A DNA stretch of 21,934 bases, from assembly GCA_964426185.1 (NCBI GenBank), contig CAYRPF010000027.1, positions 14,250 through 36,183 on the forward strand, in the 5' to 3' direction. A program made the position numbers and the translations under genes. The notes under the pieces are model-generated. The model saw only the letters and a list, made by a program, of their open reading frames with translations. It was not told where the DNA came from and did no database searches. Positions 1 to 9,103 of this stretch are shown one piece after another. Each line of letters starts with the position of its first letter. Within the stretch, counting starts at the first letter, position 1. This DNA comes from an uncultured archaeon. Lineage in GTDB: Archaea; Asgardarchaeota; Lokiarchaeia; Sigyniarchaeales; Promethearchaeaceae.

Positions 1-404
1 TCATAAGCATCACTCAACATATCCACTGCAATTGCAATATCATCGCCCTTAATTGTACCTTTTGATTGTTGGATGAATATATTAGGATTAATCAGGCGAT
101 ATTTGGTTTTGCAAAGAATAACTGTAATGCAATTGCTTCTCAAACGAGCGAAAAATCTCTGTTGCTGTTGGTAAACTTCAGGATTTCGTTGCTGTTTTAA
201 GGGGGAACTGTAATAATTAATTCCAATCAGTTCTCGATTTTTAGTTCTTAATATCAAACCTAATTTTGAAAAGTTAAATTGAAATTCCCGATATTTTTTA
301 CCCATTCCTTTTAATCCATGATAGAAATTTGGTCCATCTATGTAAATTTTAACTTTAGGCTTCTTACTGGGTGTATCTTTAATCGCTCCCGTTTGCCTTT
401 GCAT
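1..404 (-). CDS. NYN domain (LabA/DUF88, PIN-like) nuclease, 3' end outside the window
   Basis: Not in the ORF track. Hand translation from ATG at 404: MQRQTGAIKDTPSKKPKVKIYIDGPNFYHGL...GINYYSSP...TIKGDDIAIAVDMLSDAY, open to the window edge. It has the NYN motifs [YF]IDGxN and KGxDxx[IL]AVDML. A TATA-like TTTTTAAG lies about 25-30 nt upstream on the minus strand. Confidence 0.88.
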   Translation of the reverse strand, partial: MQRQTGAIKDTPSKKPKVKIYIDGPNFYHGLKGMGKKYREFQFNFSKLGLILRTKNRELIGINYYSSPLKQQRNPEVYQQQQRFFARLRSNCITVILCKTKYRLINPNIFIQQSKGTIKGDDIAIAVDMLSDAY

Positions 405-488
405 ATTTCTAATTTGATTTTTAGAACTTAAAAAAATTTGTTATGAAATTAATTTCCAACATTCTCCCATAAAAAGTGAATTCTTATG

Positions 489-508
489 ATTTAGGAATAT
501 TTAGGAAT
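489..508. repeat. Perfect 10-bp tandem direct repeat (ATTTAGGAAT x2) in the divergent NYN/MFS intergenic region
   Basis: Read directly at 489-498 and 499-508, just upstream of a TATA-like ATTATTAA (511-518) of the MFS gene. Confidence 0.6.
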
Positions 509-540
509 AAATTATTAACATCATTTAAAATAATAATAAT

Positions 541-2370
541 ATGGCGAACCGCGAACCGCGAGCGTTACATTTTCCTTATCTTAAAACCACGTTACTGAGT
601 TTTGGAAATTTCAGCATTAATATCGCACTTAGTGTCTACGCTATTTATGTTCCTCTTTTTGTGCGGCGTAATTTTTTAGCTTATTATCCTAACAGCGCTC
701 TGGTAAATTCTATAGTGGGAATTGTCATGGTCTTGGATAATGTCATTGCACTTTTCGTGCAACCGGCTATTGGTTCGCTGTCTGACAGAATATGGTTAAA
801 AAATTTAGGAAGGCGTATGCCATTTATCATTGTTGGAATCCCGTTAGCAGCCTTTTTCTTTGGCTTAATCGGCACGTTCGAGGAAACTTTGATTTGGCTT
901 TTAATTTCCATAACTTTTTTTAATATATCGGTTGCCATCTATAAATCTCCAGTTTTATCCTTAATTCCAGACTTACTCCCCCCCAGTTATCGCTCAGAAG
1001 GATCTGGGGTACTTTCTGTTGTAGGAGGTTTAGCCAGTATTTTGGGGCTTTTTTTATCGGCATACTTGTATAATATTAGCCATCCATTAGCTTTCTGGGC
1101 GATTGGAGCCATTATGATGATCTGCTTGCTTATTCTACTCTTTTCTGTAAGGGAAGATCCGAATAAATATGTGGTGTCCAAAGAATCACCTGAAGGATGG
1201 GCGAATATTCTGTCCAATTTGCGTCATGAGAAAAATTCAGCCCTTATTTTTGCATTGGTGGCTGTTTTTCTCAATCAATGCGGATATCAAGTAGCAGAAT
1301 CGTTCCTAAGCACATATACAACTACAGTATTAAAATTTTCAGAAACCAACGCCAATTATGTTTTAGGAACCTTAGGATTATTCGGTATTATTTCCGCCAT
1401 ACCAGCTGGATTATTAGGTAGAAAATTAGGTGCCCGTGATGCAGCCCTGATAGGTCTGATTCTTTTTGGATTAACAATAATTCCGATGGCTTATTTCAGC
1501 TTAGTATCACCTGATGTAGTTGCCAAAGTATTCCAATTGAATCAATTCCACATCGAAGCACAATTTTTCTTGATCTTAATTTGGGTCTTAGTTTTGGGAT
1601 TTAGCTTAACTGTGATATCAATTAACTTACTTGTAGTCGTTTGGGATATGGCTTCGGAAAAAAAAATTGCAACTTTCACCGGCTACTATTACCTATTTGC
1701 CCACTCAGCAGCCATTCTCAGCCCCATGATGGCCGGAGTCATATTTGACATTATTGAATCTCTGTTTAATATTGAAGGTTTACAAGGTTTGTTCTGCTAT
1801 GTAGGTATAATGTATGTTGGTGCAATATTCGCCTTATTAAGGGTTCGTAAAATTCAAATTGAGAGGGAACTCGGGCTTACGGAGGAAGAATTGACAATTT
1901 TACGTAGAAGGGCAAAAAAGAGAGCCACTTTACTCTTACCTTTGATATTATTTGGATTTGGAGCGCGTGAAAATCCAATTAAAGAAAAACGGAAAGAACA
2001 ACGACAGGATTTAAAAATATTTGAAAAAGGCTTTCGGGAATTTCTCAAAGATGGAGATCTAAGCAAAAAAGAATATCGTGAAGCTATAAAAGCGTTAAAA
2101 AAGGAACATCAAAAGGAATTAAAATCCTTGAAACGAGAATTAGCCCATGAAGAAGTGGTGGAAGAGATTGCCAAAACCGAATTACGGCGCGATTTTCGCT
2201 TATTTAAAGAAAAATTTCAAGAATTCATGAAAGACGGTGATTTAAGTAAAGCAGAACTTAATCGTGCCATTCATATGCTAAAACAAGAACAGAAAAGAGA
2301 ACTCCAAGAATTAAAGGAAAAATTAATTTCTCGACGCCAAGATCGATTAAGAAAAGATCTCACCGAATAG
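541..2370 (+). CDS. MFS transporter, SLC45/SUC/MalA-like (probable sugar/maltose permease), with an ~170-aa charged C-terminal extension
   Basis: About 12 hydrophobic segments; DNxIALFVQPAIGSLSDR...GRRMPFI motif A typical of SLC45/SUC-like MFS; second-half motif GLLGRKLGAR; tail with a 61-aa duplication. Confidence 0.88.
   Translation: MANREPRALHFPYLKTTLLSFGNFSINIALSVYAIYVPLFVRRNFLAYYPNSALVNSIVGIVMVLDNVIALFVQPAIGSLSDRIWLKNLGRRMPFIIVGIPLAAFFFGLIGTFEETLIWLLISITFFNISVAIYKSPVLSLIPDLLPPSYRSEGSGVLSVVGGLASILGLFLSAYLYNISHPLAFWAIGAIMMICLLILLFSVREDPNKYVVSKESPEGWANILSNLRHEKNSALIFALVAVFLNQCGYQVAESFLSTYTTTVLKFSETNANYVLGTLGLFGIISAIPAGLLGRKLGARDAALIGLILFGLTIIPMAYFSLVSPDVVAKVFQLNQFHIEAQFFLILIWVLVLGFSLTVISINLLVVVWDMASEKKIATFTGYYYLFAHSAAILSPMMAGVIFDIIESLFNIEGLQGLFCYVGIMYVGAIFALLRVRKIQIERELGLTEEELTILRRRAKKRATLLLPLILFGFGARENPIKEKRKEQRQDLKIFEKGFREFLKDGDLSKKEYREAIKALKKEHQKELKSLKRELAHEEVVEEIAKTELRRDFRLFKEKFQEFMKDGDLSKAELNRAIHMLKQEQKRELQELKEKLISRRQDRLRKDLTE
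1996..2325 (+). repeat. Intragenic 61-aa (183-nt period) tandem duplication in the MFS tail
   Basis: EQRQDLKIFEKGFREFLKDGDLSKKEYREAIKALKKEHQKELKSLKREL vs ELRRDFRLFKEKFQEFMKDGDLSKAELNRAIHMLKQEQKRELQELKEKL; KDGDLSK starts at 2047 and 2230. Confidence 0.9.
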
Positions 2371-2389
2371 GGTATTTTTGTGCTTTTTA

Positions 2390-2668
2390 TTATTTCTGTA
2401 AAAAATCGTGAATTTTCGTAGCTTGTTTTGCCAACCATTCTTGAATTTCGGGAGTATCCATATATTTTTCAATTTGGTTTTGTAAATCTAAATCATCAGT
2501 TTCAGAAATCTCTTCGCATATCTCATCTAAAACCGAATTATAGAGATAACTCCAAACTTGCAGCCGGATTTCTTCTTCCACAGATGAGCCTGAAGATAAT
2601 ATCTCGTCCCAAAACACCAAGGTAAGATCTAACTGATCGAGTGGGATGGTTGATAAATCAATTTCCAT
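2390..2668 (-). CDS. Small, highly acidic hypothetical protein (92 aa)
   Basis: ATG start with GGTGAT (2683-2678) 9 nt upstream; fills the gap between MFS and GH57; about 22 D/E versus 5 K/R. Confidence 0.75.
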   Translation of the reverse strand: MEIDLSTIPLDQLDLTLVFWDEILSSGSSVEEEIRLQVWSYLYNSVLDEICEEISETDDLDLQNQIEKYMDTPEIQEWLAKQATKIHDFLQK

Positions 2669-2797
2669 TGATCTCTAATCACCAATTGCTTTTGAAATTC
2701 AAAAATCTTTTCGGCGAAATTTCTTAGGCAATCCATTCTTTAAAACCATACCTATGCAGAATTACTATTTTTTAATCTGGATTTTTGCGGTGATGAT

Positions 2798-4087
2798 ATG
2801 ACAATATATTGGGCACCATTTCTGCATGCTTATCAACCCCCTTGGCAAGATGTGGGTGTGTTAAAAGAAATTTATACTGAATGTTACGATCCACTTCTTA
2901 GTATGTTAGAACGACATGAAAATGCCAAGATTACGCTTAACATTCAAGGTTGCTTGATAGATTTGTTAAATGGTTTGGATCTAAAGAATGTACGACAGCG
3001 GTTGACTCATCTAATGCAGATTGATCGAATAAATTTAGTCGGTTCTGCAAAATATCACCCAATTCTTCCTATTATTCCCGAAAAAGAAGCCGTTCGCCAA
3101 ATATCTATGAATTCTAAAGCAATTAAGGCAAGTTTTGACGGTAATTGGAGCCCAACAGGTTTTTTTCCCCCAGAAATGGCAGTGTCACCTAGAATTGTCG
3201 AACTTGTATCAGAACTCGGGTTTAAATGGATAATCATGGATGGTATTGCCCATACTGGACCATGGCCTCAAAATTTTATTCAAACCCAAAAATATTCTCG
3301 AGAGGATGGTCCTGAAAAAGAAATTTGCACTTTTTTTAGAGATACTATTCTTTCAAATATGATCTCCTTTAAAACGATTGATGCAAATGGTTTTATTAAA
3401 CATCTATACTCAATGTTTCCAGATTATAAAGATCACGATTATTACCTTATAACGGCACAGGATGCCGAGACGTTCGGCCACCACCACAAATATTACGAAA
3501 CGAGTTTCCTTGGAAAAGTATTTTCTTTGCTTGAAGATCAAGATAATATCAAAATTATCTTTATTTCAGAACTTTGTAAACTCTTTCCTAAGCGAGTTCA
3601 ACCAAAAAATGCAATTCGAGCATCTACTTGGAGCACGGAAGCTGCGGATTTAGCTTCAAATGTTCCATACCCTCTATGGGTTCATCCGCTTAATCCAGTA
3701 CATAAATACCAATATCGCTTACTTAAAGCACTTTACAAACTAATGGATCTGCTTGATTATTATATGCCTGATTATCAAGAACTTACTAACTTCATTCATT
3801 ATTATAAAACCGCTCGCTATTTTTTTGATCAATCATTGCATTCATGTTGGCTTTGGTGGGCTTCTATGAGGCCAATGTGGAGCCCAAACTTGATTTATAA
3901 AGGATTAGATTTGGTGTGGAAAGCATCTTTAAACGCCCAATTGGCCCTCATTAACGCAAAAATCGGAACGGGAGACGAATTTTACAGCATTATCATTGAC
4001 AACGGTGAAAGAATTATGGAAGAAATGATTGAACAAGAACTGGCGGGTCAGCATGTGCGCACTTTTGGAGATATTTCTACAATTTAA
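2798..4087 (+). CDS. Glycoside hydrolase family 57 (alpha-amylase/amylopullulanase-like)
   Basis: GH57 conserved regions: HAYQP, GSAKYHPILPII, GFFPPEMAV (nucleophile Glu), AQDAETFGHH (acid/base Asp), ASTWS, HSCWLWW. No signal peptide. Confidence 0.92.
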   Translation: MTIYWAPFLHAYQPPWQDVGVLKEIYTECYDPLLSMLERHENAKITLNIQGCLIDLLNGLDLKNVRQRLTHLMQIDRINLVGSAKYHPILPIIPEKEAVRQISMNSKAIKASFDGNWSPTGFFPPEMAVSPRIVELVSELGFKWIIMDGIAHTGPWPQNFIQTQKYSREDGPEKEICTFFRDTILSNMISFKTIDANGFIKHLYSMFPDYKDHDYYLITAQDAETFGHHHKYYETSFLGKVFSLLEDQDNIKIIFISELCKLFPKRVQPKNAIRASTWSTEAADLASNVPYPLWVHPLNPVHKYQYRLLKALYKLMDLLDYYMPDYQELTNFIHYYKTARYFFDQSLHSCWLWWASMRPMWSPNLIYKGLDLVWKASLNAQLALINAKIGTGDEFYSIIIDNGERIMEEMIEQELAGQHVRTFGDISTI

Positions 4088-4122
4088 TTAATATTTTTAA
4101 GGATATATTTTAAGATATAATT

Positions 4123-4128
4123 GGTGAT
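4123..4128 (+). promoter_or_regulatory. Archaeal-type Shine-Dalgarno (GGTGAT) for rubrerythrin
   Basis: GGTGAT 8 nt before ATG 4137; the same motif precedes the GH57 and 92-aa genes. TATA-like TTTTTAAG near 4094-4101. Confidence 0.6.
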
Positions 4129-4136
4129 ATTATAAA

Positions 4137-4724
4137 ATGCATAGATTAGTTGAAGCACTTGCACAAGCATATGTAGGCGAAAGCCAAGCCAGAATGAGAT
4201 ACACCGAATTTGCTAAAATTGCAAAAAAGGAAGGATATGAACAAATTGGAAATATATTTCTTGAAACCGCTGATCATGAGAAAACACACGGAAAGAATTT
4301 TTACCGCATGTTGCACAAAGTTTTCAAGAAACTGAATATTCAAGAGGAAATGCTTGAATTAGATAATGTCGCAGTACCTGTTGTTCGTGGTTCACTGGCC
4401 GAAAATCTCAAAGCATCTATTGCTGGAGAACACCATGAAAACACGGATCTCTATCCAAAAATTGCAAAAATAGCAGAAGAAGAAGGATTTTCAGAATTAG
4501 CAGTTCAAATTCGCGCTATTGCCAAAGCGGAGGAACATCATGAAAAACGCTATCGAATGTTGTTGGAGCAAATAGAAAAGGCAAGTTTCTTTAAAAAAGA
4601 TGGAAAAGTATGGTGGCTTTGCTTGGAATGTGGCTATTGGCATTATGGAGAAGAACCGCCAGAGGTTTGCCCTTCTTGCTTGCATCCCAAGTCGTTTTTT
4701 AAAAAGATAGATGAAAATTACTAA
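4137..4724 (+). CDS. rbr: Rubrerythrin
   Basis: [35 protein letters not shown] di-iron ligands, plus a C-terminal rubredoxin-like CLECG...CPSC. Confidence 0.97.
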   Translation: MHRLVEALAQAYVGESQARMRYTEFAKIAKKEGYEQIGNIFLETADHEKTHGKNFYRMLHKVFKKLNIQEEMLELDNVAVPVVRGSLAENLKASIAGEHHENTDLYPKIAKIAEEEGFSELAVQIRAIAKAEEHHEKRYRMLLEQIEKASFFKKDGKVWWLCLECGYWHYGEEPPEVCPSCLHPKSFFKKIDENY

Positions 4725-4780
4725 TTTTCTTTTTTTGAATTTTTTCGCTATTCTTTTTTGCTTTGCTTTATCTTTTCCAA
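4725..4780 (+). terminator. Oligo-T archaeal terminator of rubrerythrin
   Basis: Several T6-T7 runs immediately after the stop codon. Confidence 0.55.
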
Positions 4781-4853
4781 ATTTCTCTTCTCTAACAATT
4801 CTCGTCATAAATGGGAAGTAAAAACAATTCAGAAGAACTTGATAAAGGTATGC

Positions 4854-4875
4854 AAAAAAAGAATGAAAAAAAAAA
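4854..4875 (-). terminator. Oligo-T terminator of aglB
   Basis: A10 (4866-4875) directly next to the stop, plus A7 (4854-4860), on the + strand; these are T runs on the coding strand. Confidence 0.6.
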
Positions 4876-7800
4876 CTACGCTGAGACAGTTAAAGCAATA
4901 GTTGCTTCATAGCCTGCAGTAGTTCGGATTTTCAAGTAAATTGGCTCACTTTGAGTCAAAGTAATGCTGTAAACACTTGGATCAATATTCAAATAGAATA
5001 ATTGAATGGTTGTATCACCCGCTTCACCACCCACTAAGGTGAACCCAGTCATAGGATTATTATCTTCATCCCGTAAATCGATTCCATTAACTGCAGTCAA
5101 ATTCAAGTATTGATAATCATCTGGCTGATTTCCAGTCAGTGAATACATAATACTATCAATTTCCACACTCTGCTCATTTTCTACTTGGATGACCAAATGA
5201 ATTAAACTATCAGCCACCGAGGCGTATGTTTCATCGATTTGATGGGGATAGATTTGACCAGGTGGAACAATTCTGAAAACATTTTCCAAAGTAGGCAAAA
5301 TTGCATCTACAGTTGACACACTAAAGCCACTCACATCTTCCCCAATATCCACGCGCACTAGAAGAGAATCAGTTAGATTCACTTTGAAGGAAGAAATCGG
5401 AAATTCTAGAACAGCAATTTCATCGGGACGGAGTGAAAGACTACCTTCTCGAACCATCGTTTCGTTTAACGCTACTACTTCTGTGCCATTAACAGTGATG
5501 TGATCCAGTGTAATGTTGTCAAATCCGATATTTTTCACGGTTAACCTTATAGTTTCATTTGTGAATGCGAAACTTTGTGCGTTAGTACCGTTGATGATTG
5601 CGACCTTTGGAGTGAAACTCCGAGGCACGAATAAAGCACTGTTTCGGGTAACCCGCTGACCATCAATGGAAGCAGTCATCGCCACCAGTTTCGGTTCATT
5701 CAACACCACATTTGATAATTGAGCACGAATCTTGCGAGTCTCACCAGGCTGCACAAAAAGAAGGTTGTAATTATCTCCTTCTAGTGGATTCACATAGTTT
5801 CCTTCAGCATTTTTAATATCATAGAGACTGAGAGTTTCATCTGGAGTGATGATATTTTGTAATGCGAAAAGTTCATCGCCAGTATTCTCGATTTCTAAAT
5901 AAAGTGTGCCGTTATCCAACAAGTACGAATCGGTATTATAATTTACATAGACATCCTTCGAATTAGTACTTTGGATTGTTGTATATGTGCCTTGATCAAA
6001 TTGATAGCTGGCTTCTGGTTGATCAGATAATAATTTCGGATTAAAACTCAGAGCATAGCCTTGTATAGATTGTGAAATAATACTTTCAACTGAAGGTCCA
6101 CGTATTGTGGCAATCTTAACAATCGCATCTTGATTATAATCGGTAGCAATGGGTAAATCTAAACCAGTTAACTCAATATCTTCTGATGAATTGGGGCTTA
6201 TCAATAATTTTCGACCCAATTTTGTTTCAAGATCAGTTTGGTTATAGGTTTCTCCTGCAATGGAGATATAATCAACTTTCAAAGGAAGTTCTCCCGTGTT
6301 TTCCAATGTTAAGTATGCTGTAAAATCTGTTCCTGTTGATTCGAAATAGGATTGACTTTTATCTACGGAGATCGCTGCAGATTTTGGTGAAACTACGGTT
6401 GTGGATAAGCTTTCGTTGGAAAACGAATAATCAGAATTTTCGACCACTTGCATTTCTGCATTAAGGTGATATCCATCGTTTAATCCTAATTGCTCCGGTC
6501 GATTGATTTCGGTAGCATCAAACCATACAAACCGAGAATCGCCAGGTACAAAATTTTGATCTCCGTCTTCTACTGTGAAGTTTACCCCATATTCATTCAC
6601 ATTATCACTAATGCTTAAGGTTTTAAGTTGTAACTCAGTTGTTCCAGTATTTTTTACAACCGCATAACCCAACCCATTAGTATCAATATATGTATCAGAA
6701 ATTGCAAAGGAAGAATCTAAAGCTGCATAATCTACTTTAAACACCTTTACCAAACGGTTAATCGAATAATAGGCTGGATCAAAATACTGTAATTGATAAT
6801 TTCCATTAACGGTATCATAATCTGTCCACGAATTTCCATAACTATCAGTTCTGCCAGGTTGGGAATCGGTTCCTTCTAACGCTGAAACCAAATACCGGGA
6901 CGTTTGGGGTGAATTTTCGGATAATTGAGATGAAGATACAATTTCGTCTGCAAACATCAATTTTACTAAGGTGGTTTGGAACCAACTTTCGTAATAAGAT
7001 CCATCAGAATTGTTTACATAATAATCTTCATTAAAGACAGTATCTACACTTCCATCTCCACCATACCAATTATCTTTAGGAATATTATTCAATTTTTCAT
7101 AAAATTTGGTATTATCATTGCAAATCCGCAACATCCAGGGCCATTTACCTTCATCACCGCCTAAACCACTGACTAAGTGGCCGAAATAAACCATCACGTA
7201 ATCGGCATGGAGTGCTCGAAAAACTTCAGCACTGAATCTTTCATTTGTTTGCATGAAAGCCATTCCCGTTAAACCTATGCGGGTTTGATTCCACGTTCCG
7301 TTATCATTAACTGTAGTTACGTTACCAATTGCAGTGGTCCAATATCCATAGTCCCACCAAGACACGACTACAGTACTACTGTCTAAATTATACTTCATCC
7401 AAGTGAAAGTTTCTTCCCAATCGTGGAAGGCTCCACCTGGAGTCAATTCAGAATATCCAAGTTGGTCTGCCGACATATCAATGGCGTGATTTGCCTGCAC
7501 AAACAGAAGAATTCCAATCATGAAATAAACAACTATACCTTCAGATTTTCCTAAAGTACGTTTCAGTTGACGTTTACGGCGTCGACTAATGGTTGGTTGA
7601 TCTTTCATTAAAGTTCCGAAGAATTTGAGAATATTTGATAGAGCATAACCACCAATCAAAGCGGCCGCTGGTGCAAACAAAAGAATAATACGAACCATAC
7701 TTCCAGTGAAGTAGAACAAACTCAACACAAAAATAACCATCAAAATATCTTCGACATTCCCTCGACGGATAGCAAAATAAATGCCTGGAATAACGAGCAA

Positions 7801-8928
7801 CACTGGAATTAAAGCATTAAAATAAAATACACTCCATGGACTGGGAGAATGCTCTCCAACTGATGCCACTAAATGAATCTGCTCACGAATATTGGGATTG
7901 ATGATTGACTGTAAACGAGCACCCAAATTGAAGGGCAACCAGCTAGGATTGATCCATAAAATAATAACCGCTGCTGCAGAAATCGGGATAATTGCCCATT
8001 TTATACCAGTTAAGATGCGTTTATATCGTTCAGTTCCGCGCAATGTATACAGAAAATGATATAGTATCAAGAAGACCATAAATAGCAGCGAAATCACATA
8101 TTCTGTTTCTGTAAAAGCTTTCGCCCAAGTAAATTTAGGCTCTAAGGTCGCGATTAGAAATCCAATACCGATTGTAGCAGTATATGCCATAAAGGATTTA
8201 CTGTTGTATTTATCGGTTAAAATAAGAATTCCAACAATAAGAGGAAGCAGCAAAAAGCCATACGTTAAGCCTCCCCAACTTAGAGAAAGGTATCCTAAAC
8301 CTAATCCCGCCAAAATCCCGTCTGAAAGTTTACCATATTTGGTAGCTCGAATGAAGAATAAGAACTCGAGTAAAATGGCAAACACACCGATTGTTTCATT
8401 GTCATAAAATCCAGCCACCGTCCGCTGCATAAATCCAGGTGAAAATGCTAAAAAGAAAGCTGCTAACAATCCAGCACGACGATCTAACACTTCCTTGCCT
8501 AAATAATACATTATAATGCAAGTTATACCTCCCATGACTGCCGGAAAATAGTAAGCTACTTGAAATAATGTAACATTAAAGCCTAAGGCAGTAAGCAGCT
8601 TGTAAACTAAAGCATTGGTCACCAACAAGCCGGGTCGTAGATTGAATCGATCCACGCCCTCGGGGTACCAAAATTTGTAGTCATGAAAATGCAACCAATC
8701 AAAAAGACCCATTTCAAGTAACTTCTTTGTGCTATCAAATTGATACCATGGATCGAAGGCTTTTATCAAGAAAGTTCCTTGGACAACAGGCGATAAACGG
8801 ACAATGACGGCCAAGATGAATATAATAAGCATCGAGATATAGAAGAATGGGGCATCCTTTTCGACTTTCATGGATGTTTTAATCCGGTCTCCCATATCCG
8901 AAAACCAAGTTTTTACTTTATTAGCCAT
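4876..8928 (-). CDS. aglB: Oligosaccharyltransferase catalytic subunit AglB/STT3 with an ~615-aa extracellular C-terminal extension
   Basis: FDPWY, YDNE (DxE), SVGEH, WWDYG (7359-7345, aa ~524), DNGTWNQT, DEGKWPWMLRI (DK motif); multi-TM N-terminal half. Confidence 0.97.
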   Translation of the reverse strand: MANKVKTWFSDMGDRIKTSMKVEKDAPFFYISMLIIFILAVIVRLSPVVQGTFLIKAFDPWYQFDSTKKLLEMGLFDWLHFHDYKFWYPEGVDRFNLRPGLLVTNALVYKLLTALGFNVTLFQVAYYFPAVMGGITCIIMYYLGKEVLDRRAGLLAAFFLAFSPGFMQRTVAGFYDNETIGVFAILLEFLFFIRATKYGKLSDGILAGLGLGYLSLSWGGLTYGFLLLPLIVGILILTDKYNSKSFMAYTATIGIGFLIATLEPKFTWAKAFTETEYVISLLFMVFLILYHFLYTLRGTERYKRILTGIKWAIIPISAAAVIILWINPSWLPFNLGARLQSIINPNIREQIHLVASVGEHSPSPWSVFYFNALIPVLLVIPGIYFAIRRGNVEDILMVIFVLSLFYFTGSMVRIILLFAPAAALIGGYALSNILKFFGTLMKDQPTISRRRKRQLKRTLGKSEGIVVYFMIGILLFVQANHAIDMSADQLGYSELTPGGAFHDWEETFTWMKYNLDSSTVVVSWWDYGYWTTAIGNVTTVNDNGTWNQTRIGLTGMAFMQTNERFSAEVFRALHADYVMVYFGHLVSGLGGDEGKWPWMLRICNDNTKFYEKLNNIPKDNWYGGDGSVDTVFNEDYYVNNSDGSYYESWFQTTLVKLMFADEIVSSSQLSENSPQTSRYLVSALEGTDSQPGRTDSYGNSWTDYDTVNGNYQLQYFDPAYYSINRLVKVFKVDYAALDSSFAISDTYIDTNGLGYAVVKNTGTTELQLKTLSISDNVNEYGVNFTVEDGDQNFVPGDSRFVWFDATEINRPEQLGLNDGYHLNAEMQVVENSDYSFSNESLSTTVVSPKSAAISVDKSQSYFESTGTDFTAYLTLENTGELPLKVDYISIAGETYNQTDLETKLGRKLLISPNSSEDIELTGLDLPIATDYNQDAIVKIATIRGPSVESIISQSIQGYALSFNPKLLSDQPEASYQFDQGTYTTIQSTNSKDVYVNYNTDSYLLDNGTLYLEIENTGDELFALQNIITPDETLSLYDIKNAEGNYVNPLEGDNYNLLFVQPGETRKIRAQLSNVVLNEPKLVAMTASIDGQRVTRNSALFVPRSFTPKVAIINGTNAQSFAFTNETIRLTVKNIGFDNITLDHITVNGTEVVALNETMVREGSLSLRPDEIAVLEFPISSFKVNLTDSLLVRVDIGEDVSGFSVSTVDAILPTLENVFRIVPPGQIYPHQIDETYASVADSLIHLVIQVENEQSVEIDSIMYSLTGNQPDDYQYLNLTAVNGIDLRDEDNNPMTGFTLVGGEAGDTTIQLFYLNIDPSVYSITLTQSEPIYLKIRTTAGYEATIALTVSA

Positions 8929-9103
8929 ATTAATAACCCTTTTAACATGTAGAAAGGTGTATCATGTCACGATAAACTAGGGAGAACAAGGAATGTTTAA
9001 TAAAAAATATTGTAGTTCAATTGTGCAAAGAATGGTAAAAAAGGAGGAGTTAAATAGAGATGATTATGGAACTTATTTTAAATAGATATGCCCCAAAATT
9101 TCT

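Noticed and set aside
4497-4808. 103-aa minus-strand ORF with a very basic N-terminus (MTRIVREEKFGKDKAKQKRIAKKFKKRK)
   Set aside because: The Lys-richness is simply the reverse complement of the rubrerythrin oligo-T terminator, and the rest is antisense to rbr.
8929-9103. 175-nt GH116-aglB intergenic region as a possible ncRNA or SECIS element
   Set aside because: No convincing stem-loop by eye and no in-frame UGA read-through candidate nearby; it is consistent with a promoter and 5' UTR.
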